DNA of 58,865 nucleotides, counting the filler, from Squatina squatina (Eukaryota): NCBI GenBank assembly GCA_031763465.1. It is 4 parts of 4 records of this genome, joined end to end, with 100 filler letters (N's around TTAATTAATTAA, not from the genome) between each part and the next. Parts side by side here need not be neighbours in the genome. Positions count along the whole stretch, not along the records: positions 1 to 17,062 come from JARFOE010000176.1; 3 more parts are not named here. The stretch is one strand, 5' to 3'. The notes under the pieces were generated by a model that was given only the letters and a program-made list of their open reading frames with translations, made no database searches and was not told the origin of the DNA. The position numbers and the translations under genes are program-made. Below are positions 1 through 13,825 of the stretch, piece by piece (position 1 is the stretch's first letter; every line of letters begins with the position of its first letter).

Positions 1-188
1 TGTTTTTCTCCCACTAATATTTTTAAATTTCTGCCTTCAAGTAATTGGAATCTCTGTCTCTTCAGAATTCTCCAACTAATCGTACCTCTTTTTCCCACAT
101 GAAAAATGGTAATAAAGGTGGACTGAAATGAAAGTTTTTTTGCTTTTTTTAAAAAAACAATACAGACTATTTTGAATGCTTTCCACAG

Positions 189-335
189 GTCCCGTTTGGT
201 GCTACTGACTGTGCTCTCCCCATGTTGTGGGCTATAAAGACAAAAACTGTTGCAGATGTGTTCATTGTCTTTACTGATAATGAGACGTATTATGGAAATA
301 TCCATCCTGCAGAAGCCCTAAGAGAATACAGAAAG
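189..335 (+). CDS. RO60: RO60 (TROVE2, Ro60 Y-RNA-binding protein), internal exon in the vWA domain
   Basis: Flanked by ttccacag and gtgag; 147 nt. Translates [49 protein letters not shown], matching the Ro60 motifs TDCx[14 protein letters not shown] and ALREYRK. Lies next to CDC73 as in other vertebrates. Confidence 0.95.
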
Positions 336-1999
336 GTGAGAGAATTCAAAATGAACCTATAATGTGGCAATTTTTACAAGGCAGATAAGATTAGATTTGG
401 GGAATTTTTTTTTTTAAATCTCAAATGTACGTAGCCTGCAGGATTGTTAGAAATGTGCTGTAGCTCCTCTCTCTAGGGATAGGACATCAATCACAAGTGC
501 AAGCTGAGTGGGCTGGTCTTGGCCAGGGCAACAGCAGGGGGTTGCTGATTGGCTATAACATTGCTGGATTCGGGAAGGACAAATCGGCCAGGGCTCCTGT
601 CCCTGATCACTAAATGGCATCTCCTGCTGGGAACACGTGTTGGATACTGGGATAAGACAGGACTGGCTTCATTCTAATCCCACAACTGGATCACCTGCCA
701 ACACTCTCCAGCAAGCTCAACATGAATAATAGCCACTTGGATGAGGCACCTTATGTGCTATGGGGTTGAAAAACTACCTCAGTATGGGAGTTAATGGCTT
801 CAGTAGTGAAACCTTTTTGTAACTTCCTATTTATCCAAGAATAAATACTGACATGACCTTTAATATGTAACAATTTGACACTTTAGCAGTTCACTAAAAA
901 ATGAGCTAGCATGATGGCTTAGTGGGAAATGTACCAACCANNNNNNNNNNNNNNNNNNNNNNNNNNNNNNNNNNNNNNNNNNNNNNNNNNNNNNNNNNNN
1001 NNNNNNNNNNNNNNNNNNNNNNNNNNNNNNNNNNNNNNNNAGGCAAAAGAAGGTGATACTGGAGGTCTAAGTATAAGATCCATTTAGAATGCTTTGATCT
1101 GCTTTCAGTCATTAGACTATAAATGTACTGTATTTTAGGATTTGTACTGACTTCATGTATCCACTAATGCTGTTTTCTATTGTGTGTTTTTGTCATTCAA
1201 ATCATCAGAACTTAAAATTTACTGTGATTTGAAATAAAAAATGTTGAAAACATTACTTAAAGAAATAGCATAATTACAGCGGAGGTCATTTTCACCGTCA
1301 CCACTTGAGTGGTGAGCTAGTGGAGCGGAAGGACCATCCATTGTACAACCGGATTCCATTCCCACTGATTTCAATGGGAATGAAAATTGGGCGGATTCGA
1401 TAATAGGTGGATGATCTGCTCAACGATGAAGATGAAAATTACTCCTGGGACTCCGCATATGGCCATGAGTTAGATATAGGAAACTGGTAAACCCACCCAA
1501 TTAGCAGCTCTTGCGGGTTCACTCTTTCTTTCTGAAAAGTCTGCCTTACGTTTCCAGAGCATGTGAGTGAGGTGTAAATTAATTACATTTTGGGGAAGGA
1601 AAGAGCTGAGAGACAGTTTTGTCACAATATGGGCAAGGTGCATTTTTGCTAATCTTACGCTATCGGAGTTCAATGGTTTCCGACACCCAGGCCTTTCTCC
1701 CTAGTCCCACTAAAACTTGGGCTGAAACTTTTTCTATTTTGATAAGGAAGCTGGTTTCAGTAATTTAAACACAGGGAGCTGATTATGTGGATATTATTCA
1801 AGCTCAGCGCTGCTAAAGACTGATCCCAATGCAAAATCTGGACAGCACCACACAGGTGTCANNNNNNNNNNAACTATGAATGTGCCTTTTGGTGTTTCCA
1901 TAACATGTCACATATTTACCAACAGAGTGTAAACAAAGCTCTGCCGATACCATCACATGATTATGCTACACTTTTCACAGATTATGTAAATTTACTTCC

Positions 2000-2240
2000 A
2001 AAGCTCTGTTGCCTGTGTCCTAACTCACACCAAGTCCCACTCCTCTATCACCCCTGTGCTCGCTGACCTACATTGGCTCTTTTCCCGGCAGCGCCTCAAT
2101 TTTTAAATTCCCATCCTTGTTTTCAAATCTTTACATTGCCTCGAACCTCCCCATCTCTGTAACTTCCTCCAGCCCTACAACACTCTGAGATCTCTGTGCT
2201 CCTCCAAAACTGATCTCTTGCGCATCCGTGATTTTCATTG
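2000..2240 (+). mobile_element. L2-like LINE 3' fragment
   Basis: Contains CCTAACTCACACCAAGTCCC...CCCCTGTGCTCGCTGACCTACATTGGCTC, which recurs at about 5050, 42770 and (reversed) 51600. Boundaries approximate. Confidence 0.65.
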
Positions 2241-2643
2241 CTCGAGCAATTCAAGGAGAATCCCCAAAACCACCTTCTGAGGACAACTCGGGTGTCCATG
2301 CCACCCATAGCCCCCAGAACAAATAATTTAGAACAAAACAAGCAATTTCATTTGTCCAGTTTTTTTCTTGGTGTATTTTAATTCATGGGCACCACAATGA
2401 GGAAACGATCGCAACTTTGTAGGTGACTACGCTATAATATAACTTAAAAACTCCTCGTAAACGGGGAGCCCTACCGTTTCCCAATTTGGTTGGATATTCC
2501 ATTTGAACAAATGTGGCTCAGGCGTTTGAAATTATTTCATTAGTACACTCCTCCCTCTTATACTTCCTTCGTCACAAATGAGAACTAACTGACGATGGCG
2601 AGAAAGCAGACATAATGATATATTGGCAATCTCTGGAACTCAC

Positions 2644-2715
2644 GTGAATTATCTGGAAAGCAGTGGCATCAGTGTATGACTGGCATGTCTGTGGTCCGGA
2701 AAATACACCCCCCAT
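2644..2715 (-). CDS. GLRX2: Probable glutaredoxin-2 N-terminal coding exon
   Basis: Minus-strand exon with acceptor ttccag, ATG at 2715, MGGVFSGPQTCQSYTDATAFQIIH, then a phase-0 gtgagt donor. Position between RO60 and CDC73, strand, length and phase fit the GLRX2 exon before the CxxC exon. Sequence similarity alone is weak and the CxxC exon is absent. Confidence 0.6.
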
Positions 2716-4662
2716 TCCTTGTTAGTTCTGTCCAAGCACTGGAATTAACAAACAAAAGAGTCTGTTTAAAATGTAATTAACCTCAATTACAATGTCGTTA
2801 AGTTTGTAGCATGAAACAGAACTGTTTTTTTATTGTCTCGTTTTTCAGTGGTAAGAGGGTATCTAACCTGTTGAATAGACGTTGAACTGGGGTAAAGACT
2901 CTTCCAGCGCGAACATCACAGATTCGCAGGGACCGTGCACGCTCTTGAAGATCAATCCTAATTTTGCGTCTTAATCCCGGTCCAATACAACGAGGTGTTG
3001 TAAATTTACATCACGTAGCTCTTGCCTTTGTGATGTGGGCATCAGACGGCTCACCCCGCGGGAGATGCGAAAGTACTGTTGAACAGTGAATTTAAAAAAA
3101 ATCAAAGTGTCAATATTACCCCAATAATAAATCAAAACTGAGCTGATTGTGACGCTGTAGTGCCAACCTGGTTGGCACTTTAATGACCACGTTTCCCAGT
3201 CATTAATTATACATTATTTGAGTAAACCTGCAGTACTGATCTCGCAGTCGTTAATCCTTCATTGCATTAAAGTCATGGAGTGAATTAATGTTGGCAAAAC
3301 CAACATTATCATAGTAGATATTGTGGGGGTGGGTAAAAATAATTATCCTTGGGATGACTGCAAAACTATAATTTAATCTCAATGTTCAGATGCTATCTCA
3401 CAATTTAAGGCCTCAGCTGAACTCCTTAATGAACTTATGCTTGCATTCACCATTCTTCAATAATATTCAATAATTTACATTTATATATTGCATTTAAGAA
3501 AGCAAAATATCCCAAGGTGCTTCAGGGTCAGATCTAAGCAGAAGGGGGCAAATTAGGGGAGGTTACTAAAAGTTGGAGGGAGTTTGAGAGGCTGGATGAG
3601 GTGGCTGAAGGTTCTGACACTGCAGGTCGAAGGTGGTGAGGATGAACACATTGGAGCAGAGTTGGAAGAGTGGAGGAGGTTGGAGAGGAATGGTGTGGAA
3701 AACGATTGAGGGTGCAGAACACCGAAAGCAGTCAATGAAATGGAATTAAAGTGGGGTAGAAAGAATAACTGAGTTGACGGCAATTATTTCTTGTTTGCCA
3801 TTTTAGTTAATGTGCTGAAACACAATCGCTTGCTGAAATAAGATTAAGGACTTTGATGATAATGGCCAAAATAAGTGCATGGTGTCTCATGTAGCTTTTT
3901 CTAATAGTTTGTGTATTTCTGTAAAAATTCGAGTTTACTGCTGATTAGACTTGAGCCAAAAGAGGCCAAATTATATCCTGTGTACCAACATTCCTTTTTA
4001 TGGAAACTTGCAGATTTAATTAGGAATGCTGTGGGGGAAGAGGTCCAGCTATTAATTTTCACTTGATAATGTTTAAACTAAAAACTTATTAATTGTAAAG
4101 TAGATATATGGAACTGGTGATGCATACGAGTACAATTTATTCAGGCGCACCATTTAAAAAAAAAACATGGATTAGTTGGTTGTTTGTGGGACCTTGCTGT
4201 GCACAAGATGGCCACCACATTCGTAACCCTTCAGGAGTGAAGCGGTTTGAGATATTTGAGAGATGTGACAAGGAGCTGTTTAAAATGAAAATCTTTCTAA
4301 TTGCATACGGTTTAAAGATGCATTCACTCAGTGGATCCAACAATATCTCAGCTGTACGCATCCAAGTATACATACACAAACTGTTCCCAGCCTATCACAC
4401 TATCTTGAGTGTGTGTCTGAGAGATAGGAGAAGGTGCTATAAAAATGATCAAGAGCTTGTACTAAATGTGTCNNNNNNNNNNNNNNNNNNNNNNNNNNNN
4501 NNNNNNNNNNNNNNNNNNNNNNNNNNNNNNNNNNNNNNNNNNNNNNNNNNNNNNNNNNNNNNNNNNNNNNNNTGTTAAATTGATGAGTGTGAATAGAACT
4601 GGAACCCTGTCACTCTATGATGTATATTATAATTTTCACTTTGTAATGCACTTCTCCACTGA

Positions 4663-4812
<150 letters not shown>

Positions 4813-5044
4813 TAAACTTTAATAAAGTTTTGGATGAAAAATGTTAAATCCAAAGTGTGCATACAGATATATGGAAGATTCCCACCAAGGTATAACTAGG
4901 GGATCCATTGACACACACAAATAGAAGAGCTAATATCCACATGTAGATCCATTATTGGCAGTGCTCAGATCAGTGAACTCAACCATGTTTCGAATGCTGC
5001 ATTTAAACTTGTGTGATGTAGTTCTGTGCTTGCCACCTAAGTAA

Positions 5045-5483
5045 ACTTAAGGTCATCCAAAACTCGGCTGCCCATACCCTAACTCGCACCATGTCCCATT
5101 CATCCATTGCCCCTCTGCTCGCTGACCTACATTGATTCCCGGTTAAGCAATGCCTCAATTTTTAAAATTCTCATTCTTATTTTCAGATCTCTCCATGGCT
5201 TCACCCGTCCCTATCTCTAACTTCCTCCAGTCCTACAACCTTCTGGGATCTCTGCATTCCTCCAATTCTGGCCTCTTGCGAATCTGCGATTTTAATCGCT
5301 CCATCATTGACGGCTGTGCCTTCAGCTGTCAAGGCCCTAAACTCTGGAATTCCCTTCCTAAACCCCTCTGCTTCTCTAGTTCTCTCTCTTCCTTTAAGAC
5401 ACTTCTTAAAACCTGCCTCTTTGACCAAGCTTTTGGTCGTCTGCCTGATGTCTCCTGTGACTCGGTATTAAATTTTGTTTGAT
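5045..5483 (+). mobile_element. L2-like LINE 3' end
   Basis: Same family as the copy at 2000; degraded AFS-GPKLWNSLP-FKTLLKT-LFDQAF peptide typical of L2 ORF2 C-termini. Confidence 0.7.
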
Positions 5484-5654
5484 ANNNNNNNNNNNNNNNN
5501 NNNNNNNNNNNNNNNNNNNNNNNNNNNNNNNNNNNNNNNNNNNNNNNNNNNNNNNNNNNNNNNNNNNNNNNNNNNNNNNNNNNNTTAAAGCAATTCCAGC
5601 ACTAAAGTTTCCTATCCTGTAATGAAATGTAACTGCAATTTTCAAACAGTGTGA

Positions 5655-6005
<351 letters not shown>

Positions 6006-7884
6006 TAAGGTTACAAATATCAGCACCTAGGTTTGATTCCCAGTCTTTGCTGATCTAGCTGATCTCGGCAGTTGTGGTTGGTGCTACAATTGGTTTCACT
6101 ATCCAGGCTCATACATGAAAAATGCCAATTGGTACTGAAGAGTTGCTGATGCTTGTGAAACTGTAGCCCAGAAAGAGTTGGTGCTTTTAGATAATGTGAG
6201 GAAGAACTAATTTGCAAATAAACATGAAGTGACGGCAAGGTACAAGTATTTCAGGAATAAGACAGTCACTGATGTGACAAACTTGTGGTGTGTCAGCTGA
6301 CATTCAGGCACCGGCTTACTGTTTCACAACATTGATTGGAGACACCTTAGTTATGAGAAGTAAAACAGCAATTACCATATATGTAAAACACAGTTTTTTG
6401 AATGAATTCCTGAAAAAAAAACAGAACAAAATTGTGGGAAGCAAAAGCTAACTTTTTGATCAAATTTTTTTTTCCATGCCTAAAATTAAGTAGCAACAGA
6501 TTAGTTTCTCCCTGAAATTTATAAATAAATTAGGACTAAAACTGGACGTCCAGAGATGAGACTAAAGTTAGTGATTTCTGGGACAAAGGAAGGTTACCAG
6601 GTTTCCACCAATATTTTTTACATTGACTTTTTTGTATCACAGTTCTATTTAAATGTTATGTGGAGCAATGCTCAACGAGTTAGAATAACAACTTTGATAA
6701 AATAATTTGGATATTTATCTGATCTCTATCTTCAAGAATGCAAATTGGTGCTTTTTTTTAAATTGCAATCATGTGGATGATTGCCTTTTTCTCCCAGATA
6801 ACTGATGCAAAACTTGCGCTGACCATGTTGCTAAGTAATATACTTAATAGGTTTTTGAGGTTAAGTCTGTTACATAATTAGGCAGTTCTAAGCTGACATT
6901 CTAAGCACTGAAACAACTTGACTCATGGTTCTGACAGGCATCGTAGAAAACCATACATGTTTTTGAATTAAATTGGTCAGACCTGTCTTTTTCTCTTGTA
7001 ATGTTACAGGATCACCGTTGCTTTTTCACTAAATTTGCTTGACTCTGTACAAATCTAGGCTGGGACAGTTGTATACAGTTGATAAGAAATATTTTTAATG
7101 ATGTAAAGAGAAAAAGGAAAAAAAAAATTATGTGGCCACTTTCGTGACTTAAGGATGTCCCAAAGTGCTTTACAACCATTGAAATACTTTTGAAGTGTGG
7201 TCACTGTTATAATGTAGGAAACAGTAGTCGCATGATACAATTATAATGGAGTTGTTGACTAATCATAGCAATCAATCTCTATCAATTAGTCTACAACAGA
7301 CCCAAATATGATGAGAGGAAAACCCAGTGGTAGAGAGTTTGGGAGCGATAGGTCCAAAGTCGCCTCACTCACCACATCATGTCTCAATTTACTCATATAC
7401 TNNNNNNNNNNNNNNNNNNNNNNNNNNNNNNNNNNNNNNNNNNNNNNNNNNNNNNNNNNNNNNNNNNNNNNNNNNNNNNNNNNNNNNNNNNNNNNNNNNN
7501 NGGAACAGGGTACTGAATTTGGATGATAAGCCATGATCCGATTGAATGGGGGAGCAGGCTCGAAGGGCTGAATAGCCTACTCCTGCTCCTATTTTCTATG
7601 TTTCTATGTCAGGCAGCATCTGTGGAGAGAGAAACGGAGTTAACATTTCAGGTCGATGACCCTTCGATGATTCCTTACTTGTGCACACAAGATGACTATG
7701 CAACATGCTGAAAGTTTTGATTAATTCCTAATTATGCAGAACTTTAACTACCTTGATGTGAACTATTCTTTGAGTTCACAGGCATCAGTTTTGTATGAAA
7801 AATGCAGGTCATGCCACCGTATTCCATGTTTACTTAATAAAAGTTCCAATGCTGCTGATTATAACATTGTTTTCCCTCCCTCAG

Positions 7885-7983
7885 AATTTTGCCAAGAACA
7901 TATTTGCAATTTTACAATCAGTAAAAGCCAGGGAAGAAGGACGAGCACCAGAGCAGAGACCCCCACAAAACGTAATACAGCCG
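7885..7983 (+). CDS. CDC73: Parafibromin, next exon (99 nt)
   Basis: tcag/gtaag splice sites; [33 protein letters not shown] continues in phase from the previous exon. Confidence 0.97.
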
Positions 7984-8555
7984 GTAAGAACAAAAACAGT
8001 TTTTTTTCCTCTTTTTTTGAGGAGGAATAAAATAAATTGTGTTTGACTTGTTGAACTGATATCTCTTAGGATTATTTTGCTCTTGGAGATTGCAGACTCC
8101 CCACCCCTGCCTCCTTCCTCTCCTGTCCAAACTGAGAAAATTAGTTACAAGTTGACAATACAGAAATGTGCAAGCCACTTCTATCTTTTTAAAAACTAAA
8201 AATAGACTTGGGTGGGAATTTTCCCCATGATTTGCTGAATTAACTAAATTGCTACTTGTATAACTATAAGCAAAACAATTGCACATACAATTGATGCAAA
8301 TGTACAAAATGTGGAACAATAAGAATAATAGAACATTTTTCATGTATTTTACTATTCTCAACTGCACATTTTTCCTTAAACTCTAGAACAGAGGTGTCAA
8401 ACTCGATTTTCATGGTGGGCTTGATCCAACATCCTGGCACTTGGCACAGGCCACATTCAGTAAAAGTTATTTGGACACACTGAGGGTAGAAATTGTTTTA
8501 CTCACAGATGCTGACTAACCTGTTGAGTGTTTCCAGTATTTAATGTTGCAATGTG

Positions 8556-8624
8556 GCTGAGATGGCCAAGTGGTTAAGGCATTGGACTCCAAGTCTATTG
8601 GCATTTCTCTGCGCAAGTTTGAAT
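8556..8624 (+). pseudogene. tRNA-Ser(CGA)-derived pseudogene, truncated by a gap
   Basis: GCTGAGATGGCCAAGTGGTTAAGGCATTGGACTCCAAGTCTATTGGCATTTCTCTGCGCAAGTTTGAAT aligns along its length to vertebrate tRNA-Ser(CGA), including A box, long variable arm and partial B box. It shows CpG-type decay and stem mismatches. Confidence 0.75.
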
Positions 8625-9607
8625 NNNNNNNNNNNNNNNNNNNNNNNNNNNNNNNNNNNNNNNNNNNNNNNNNNNNNNNNNNNNNNNNNNNNNNNNNNNN
8701 NNNNNNNNNNNNNNNNNNNNNNNNAAGCAGAGTTAATATGATGGACAAAAAAGGGACAGGTTGTGGGGGGGAGGTGGTGGTTAAAGCCTTAAATATGGGG
8801 GAACACGTCCCCAACATGCTGTGGACGTACCTGCTGCATTTTTTTTTACAGTATCCTGCCGTGGAGAGGTAGAACACTTAATTAACATATTTTAATCAGG
8901 CTCCCACTGTGCAATTGAGAGCCAGATTTAAACCTGACGGTGAAACGCAGGTGGGAGCTGCCAGTTCCCCAAGTTAAGTGCCTCCCCCAGCCCCTCAAGG
9001 AAGCCTTCATCCTCCAGCCTCCCAGTCGCAGCATCTCTCTCCACCTTGCCAATCAAGACCTTCCCTCTCTCCCCACTCTCCGCGTCCCTGGGACCGTATT
9101 CAAGGATCCCCGGGCTGCGGCCTACTGCTGCTGGTTTTCCTTCCCGCCCACCCGCCATTCAGGCTGTCCATTTGGGTGGCTGCTGGACGGGAGGCAGAGC
9201 TGCAAGATGTTAACGAGTTCCTGCCGTTAGGGTTGGTAGGATCTGCATTCCCAGCTTTTTCTTTTAAGCCCTTTTTGGCCTCACCCACACCAGAATGTTT
9301 GATTTGTACTGCCACTATTTTTCCCTCACCATTCCCCCTCTCCTCTTGTAATCCCCCTTTCCTTCTCTCTCCCCGCCCTGGTTAGTGCAATACCCTATCC
9401 ATATAGGATGTGTATCTGTGTACGTGAATTGTAAGATGTTCCTGTTTGACGTTAGTTTATTTGTTAATACGGTGTATGCCGATGAACTGTTAAATTTGCT
9501 AAATGTTCCATATAAAAATTTAGAGAATTAATAGTAGTGGTGCAAAACTGCTATATTGTGTATATATAACATTATAAACTTAGATCATTTTAAATTTGTT
9601 TTTGCAG

Positions 9608-9672
9608 AAACGGAAGGTTTCAAGATTGATACGATGGGCACCTACCATGGTATGACACTGAAGTCTGTGACG
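9608..9672 (+). CDS. CDC73: Parafibromin exon (65 nt)
   Basis: tttgcag/gtaagt splice sites; (E)[21 protein letters not shown]. The preceding exon is not visible and presumably lies in a gap. Confidence 0.96.
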
Positions 9673-10308
9673 GTAAGTGGCGGTTCCCACTCTTGTGGAT
9701 TAAAATCGAGCAGATGTTGAGGATTTAAAATCCAAACATTTGCAAGTGGCTTGTAGTGCTCAGATTGAACAGATTGGGAAATCAGTATGATTTCATTTAA
9801 AAGACAGTTTTGCACGTTTTTACTCGTAATCTAAGCAATTGCAGCAAGATCCTTGGTGTGAGTTATTCCATTCTTTTCCTGAAAGGCTGAGCTCCTTTTA
9901 ATATAAAGCCCCTCTAAGTGCTATGCTCCTTGAGGGAAATGCTACTGTAATTTCTGACAGTACAGCTTTAAAATGATTTTATTTTGCATAATTAATTAGG
10001 CAATTGCTTCACTCGGCCATGTATTTTACTATTATCTATCACAAATCTGTATCTGGGGAAATTGCATTAGGCTGCACCTGGTGGCGGTACCCATCTGTGG
10101 CCTCGGATTGCTTACATGAGAAATAGTGGTCTCTGGCAAGGAGCAGTGGGCTACTGTGAAATAAAACTGGATAGATTGGACAAATAGCAGTGCAGTATTA
10201 AGTTTTATNNNNNNNNNNNNNNNNNNNNNNNNNNNNNNNNNNNNNNNNNNNNNNNNNNNNNNNNNNNNNNNNNNNNNNNNNNNNNNNNNNNNNNNNNNNN
10301 NNNNNNNN

Positions 10309-10712
10309 GGTGTTGTTTGATGGGGGCGAGTGGGTGGGGTTTCCGCGCGCTCCTTCCGCTGCCTGCGCTTGGCCTCCACGTGCTCCCGCCGGAGAAGCTC
10401 GAAGTGCCTTCGCAGATGCTTCGCCTCCAATTCAGGCGGTGTTGGGCCAGGGATTCCCATGATTCGGTGGGGATGTTACATTTTTTCAGGGAGGCTTTGA
10501 GGACGTTCTTGAATCGCTTGCCGTGACGAAGCTCAGAATAGAGTGCTTGTTTCGGGAGTCTTGTATCATACATGCGGACGATGTGGCCCGCCCATCGCAG
10601 CTGGTTGAGCCTGACCAGTGCCTGCATGCTGGGGATGTCGGCCTGAGAGAGGACGCTGATACTGGTATGCCTATCCTGCCAGTGGATTTGCAGGATTTTG
10701 CGGAGGCAACAT
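10309..10712 (-). mobile_element. RTE-clade LINE, 3' ORF fragment
   Basis: NQLRWAGHIVRMYDTRLPKQALYSELRHGKR...FKNVLKASLKKCNI...WESLA is the characteristic RTE C-terminal region. Confidence 0.85.
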
Positions 10713-12771
10713 TGGTGGCTTGGTGCCGGGTTTGAAAAAAGTTATTCTAAATATCATGTAATTGACCAGTTATAATGAGGGTGAATCTTGTACAAAAATG
10801 CACTGGACCACCAACATCTTATGCTAAAGAATCATGAGATATAGCTTCATAAAAGTACAAGAAAGAGTGAGATCAGAAAAAGACTACTCGCCCATCCACA
10901 GACTTNNNNNNNNNNNNNNNNNNNNNNNNNNNNNNNNNNNNNNNNNNNNNNNNNNNNNNNNNNNNNNNNNNNNNNNNNNNNNNNNNNNNNNNNNNNNNNN
11001 NNNNNGTTGCATGCCAGAATTACTTTAATACGGTCCATCAAACACAAGTTTTCAGTAGTAATTTAGTAATGGGTTTCCAAGCCTTAAAAATTTATCCATT
11101 CCTTTTTTGGAGCGGTACACTGATCTTGATAAATTTACAGCAGAAAGCAATATTACACAACAGAACTTTCAATACAAAAAAGAAACAAAGTACCATAGTT
11201 GTCAGCAAGATCGGAACGAAAAATATACTTCTTGACTTATACCCTCTTTTTGTTGTCTATTAAGTTAAAGTCGAATTATTTAACGATTGCAGTAATAAAG
11301 CTTTATTGGCATCTTTGCCAAATTCCTGCTTAAGTGAGGACGGAGATGGAGGCTGGTGGGGTGTGGGTGCACAAGAGAAGCTGAGGAAAATGAAACATTT
11401 TTCAATAAATAGGCAAGTTAAAAAAAAAAAGTAGTTTTTCATTTCTTCCTGCAATCAAAGTATGCCACAAAAATACAATCCGAAATAAAATCCAGGACTT
11501 TTCAAATGAACCTAAATATGAATAATTGTGTGGAGAAACATTCCACTGTAGTAAATAATCCAGAAAAGTAATGAAAGTTCCCCTCAAAAAAAGTTGGTGA
11601 ACTATCATTTTTGATGAGATACAAGTTACACCTATTGTTACTTAGATGCAGTCTCTCAAGCAGAGGACCTTTTTTGAAAATCAAATTGTTCCAAAGAATT
11701 GTGATTAACTTCAACATCCTTTTGTTCTTTCCTGAATATTTTTGTTTAAAACTGAGCACTAATGACATGAGGGGAATTGATTTGGAACAGTATCTCTGTC
11801 TGACAGTGTGAGGATGAAGAACATGCACTNNNNNNNNNNNNNNNNNNNNNNNNNNNNNNNNNNNNNNNNNNNNNNNNNNNNNNNNNNNNNNNNNNNNNNN
11901 NNNNNNNNNNNNNNNNNNNNNNNNNNNNNAGGGAAGAGTTGGTATCATTGTTGAGAGAATTGATACTGTTCCAATCACTATTCTGTAAACTTTTATTTTG
12001 TCTGCAGGACTGTCTACTTTGAAATGCAAATAGTGCTACAACTTTGAAGCGTTCGGTATTGGTTCTTGAGGATGTAGTTTTATAAAACCATTCTATTTTA
12101 CTGTTCTCAAATAACATTCCTTAAATAGCTCCTATCAACAAGGTTGAACAAAACTTTACACAGTTTAACTTGTACAGCTAACAACAAAATTTGGAACCAC
12201 ATTCTATTTTAAGATTAGCTATTGTTGCCACAGTTAAACAGTAAGAATAGTTCACTGAGGTTCATTACTTTGCATTGCCTAAAATAAATTCAAGTTTGGT
12301 TTACATAGACATTCGGTCAACTAAGAACTCCAAAAGCAGATAAACATCACAACATTTACTGCCCATTGTATGCTCACAACTTTTTCTGAGAGGTTGACTT
12401 TTTAAATCATGATTAAAAGAAAAATACAAACCCTAGTAAAGGTTTCATAAGCGTTGGAATGTTGCATCNNNNNNNNNNNNNNNNNNNNNNNNNNNNNNNN
12501 NNNNNNNNNNNNNNNNNNNNNNNNNNNNNNNNNNNNNNNNNNNNNNNNNNNNNNNNNNNNNNNNNNNNNNNNNNNNNNNNNNNNNNNNNNNNNNNNNNNN
12601 NNNNNNNNNNNNNNNNNNNNNNNNNNNNNNNNNNNNNNNNNNNNNNNNNNNNNNNNNNNNNNNNNNNNNNNNNNNNNNNNNNNNNNNNNNNNNNNNNNNN
12701 NNNNNNNNNNNNNNNNNNNNNNNNNNNNNNNNNNNNNNNNNNNNNNNNNNNNNNNNNNNNNNNNNNNNNNN

Positions 12772-13825
12772 TCTTAGTTTGGCAAGACAGATACCAACAT
12801 AGACATCCTCTAAATGCAAACGCCTGATACTCAAAGAGACCTTGAAAATCTTTTCAGCTAAGTCCCCAGAGAAAACATAACCGGTTCCCGAACAGAAGAC
12901 TGGATAGCGCTCACTGGGGTAGAGCTCTGGAGGCATGTACCATTTGCTATCCTTGTTACGATTCGGGGAATAACCACGCATCAGATATCCAGTGAAATAG
13001 TTGTGACGTGGAGAATGCACAGGCTTTAACAGTTTGTTGATTAAATATTCCGTATTCACAAACATGTCGCTATCAGTCTTCATAACATACCAGGCATGCG
13101 GGCAGTATGTTGCGACCCAGTTCATTCCCATTAGAGTTTTAATAGTTAGATTATAATATGTATCCAGAAAGTCTTGTTGAATAATGTCATGATATTGTCT
13201 GCTTTCTTCCATTAAAGTCTGCTGAAAGTTGCCACCAGCCTTTCTAACACCTAGGAGAAAGAGATGTACCATACGTAATCCAGGGGCAATGCTTTCATTT
13301 CCCCAGGTTTGTCTAATGGCGTGTCTAGCTTCAGTTTGGCTCGGTTCAGCTGCAATCAACACAATTAAGAATGGGCTTTGTCTTTCACATTTGTGTGGTT
13401 CATTAATGATGTACTTGTATTGGTGATGGGGTATATACCCTGTTTTCTTTTCACTGTACATAGTTCCATTAGCACTCAATACGTCCCCTAATCCTGTTAC
13501 ATCTGGAGGAGAAAGTGCAGTGCTAGAATTCACTGTCTGAATCTTGTGTACTTGAGCAGTCTCTTTCCAAATGTTCCTCATTGTGCTCTGGTTGGTAGTA
13601 CTTTTTGGTGATCTGAATCCCCGCATTGTATGAGAAACAGAATAACCAGTTTCTCTTGACCAGGTTTTGCTAGTTACCCAGTCATGCTGATTAATGAACA
13701 GAAACATTGCAAACAAAAACACAAGGCATATCAGTNNNNNNNNNNATATGTGTACGAAACAGAGACCGTTTAACATTCCAGGTCATCTTCATTAGGCAGC
13801 AGTAGCGTCTTCTCCACTGAAGCAT
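12772..13825 (-). CDS. B3GALT2: Beta-1,3-galactosyltransferase 2 (GT31), single coding exon, 3' end in a gap
   Basis: True start is ATG at 13825 (MLQWRRRYCCLMKMTWNVKRSLFRTH); the 10-N gap at 13736-13745 shifts the apparent frame. Contains a TM anchor, RQTWG, DTYYNLTIKTLMG, KTDSDMFVN and EDVYVG. Antisense to CDC73. Confidence 0.98.

Noticed and set aside
13736-13745. Apparent frameshift in B3GALT2
   Set aside because: It coincides exactly with a 10-N placeholder of arbitrary length.
12445-13776. ORF-track start MLNGLCFVHI and end DATFQRL for B3GALT2
   Set aside because: These arise from reading through N gaps. The orthologous start is at 13825 in another frame, and the true C-terminus lies in the gap.
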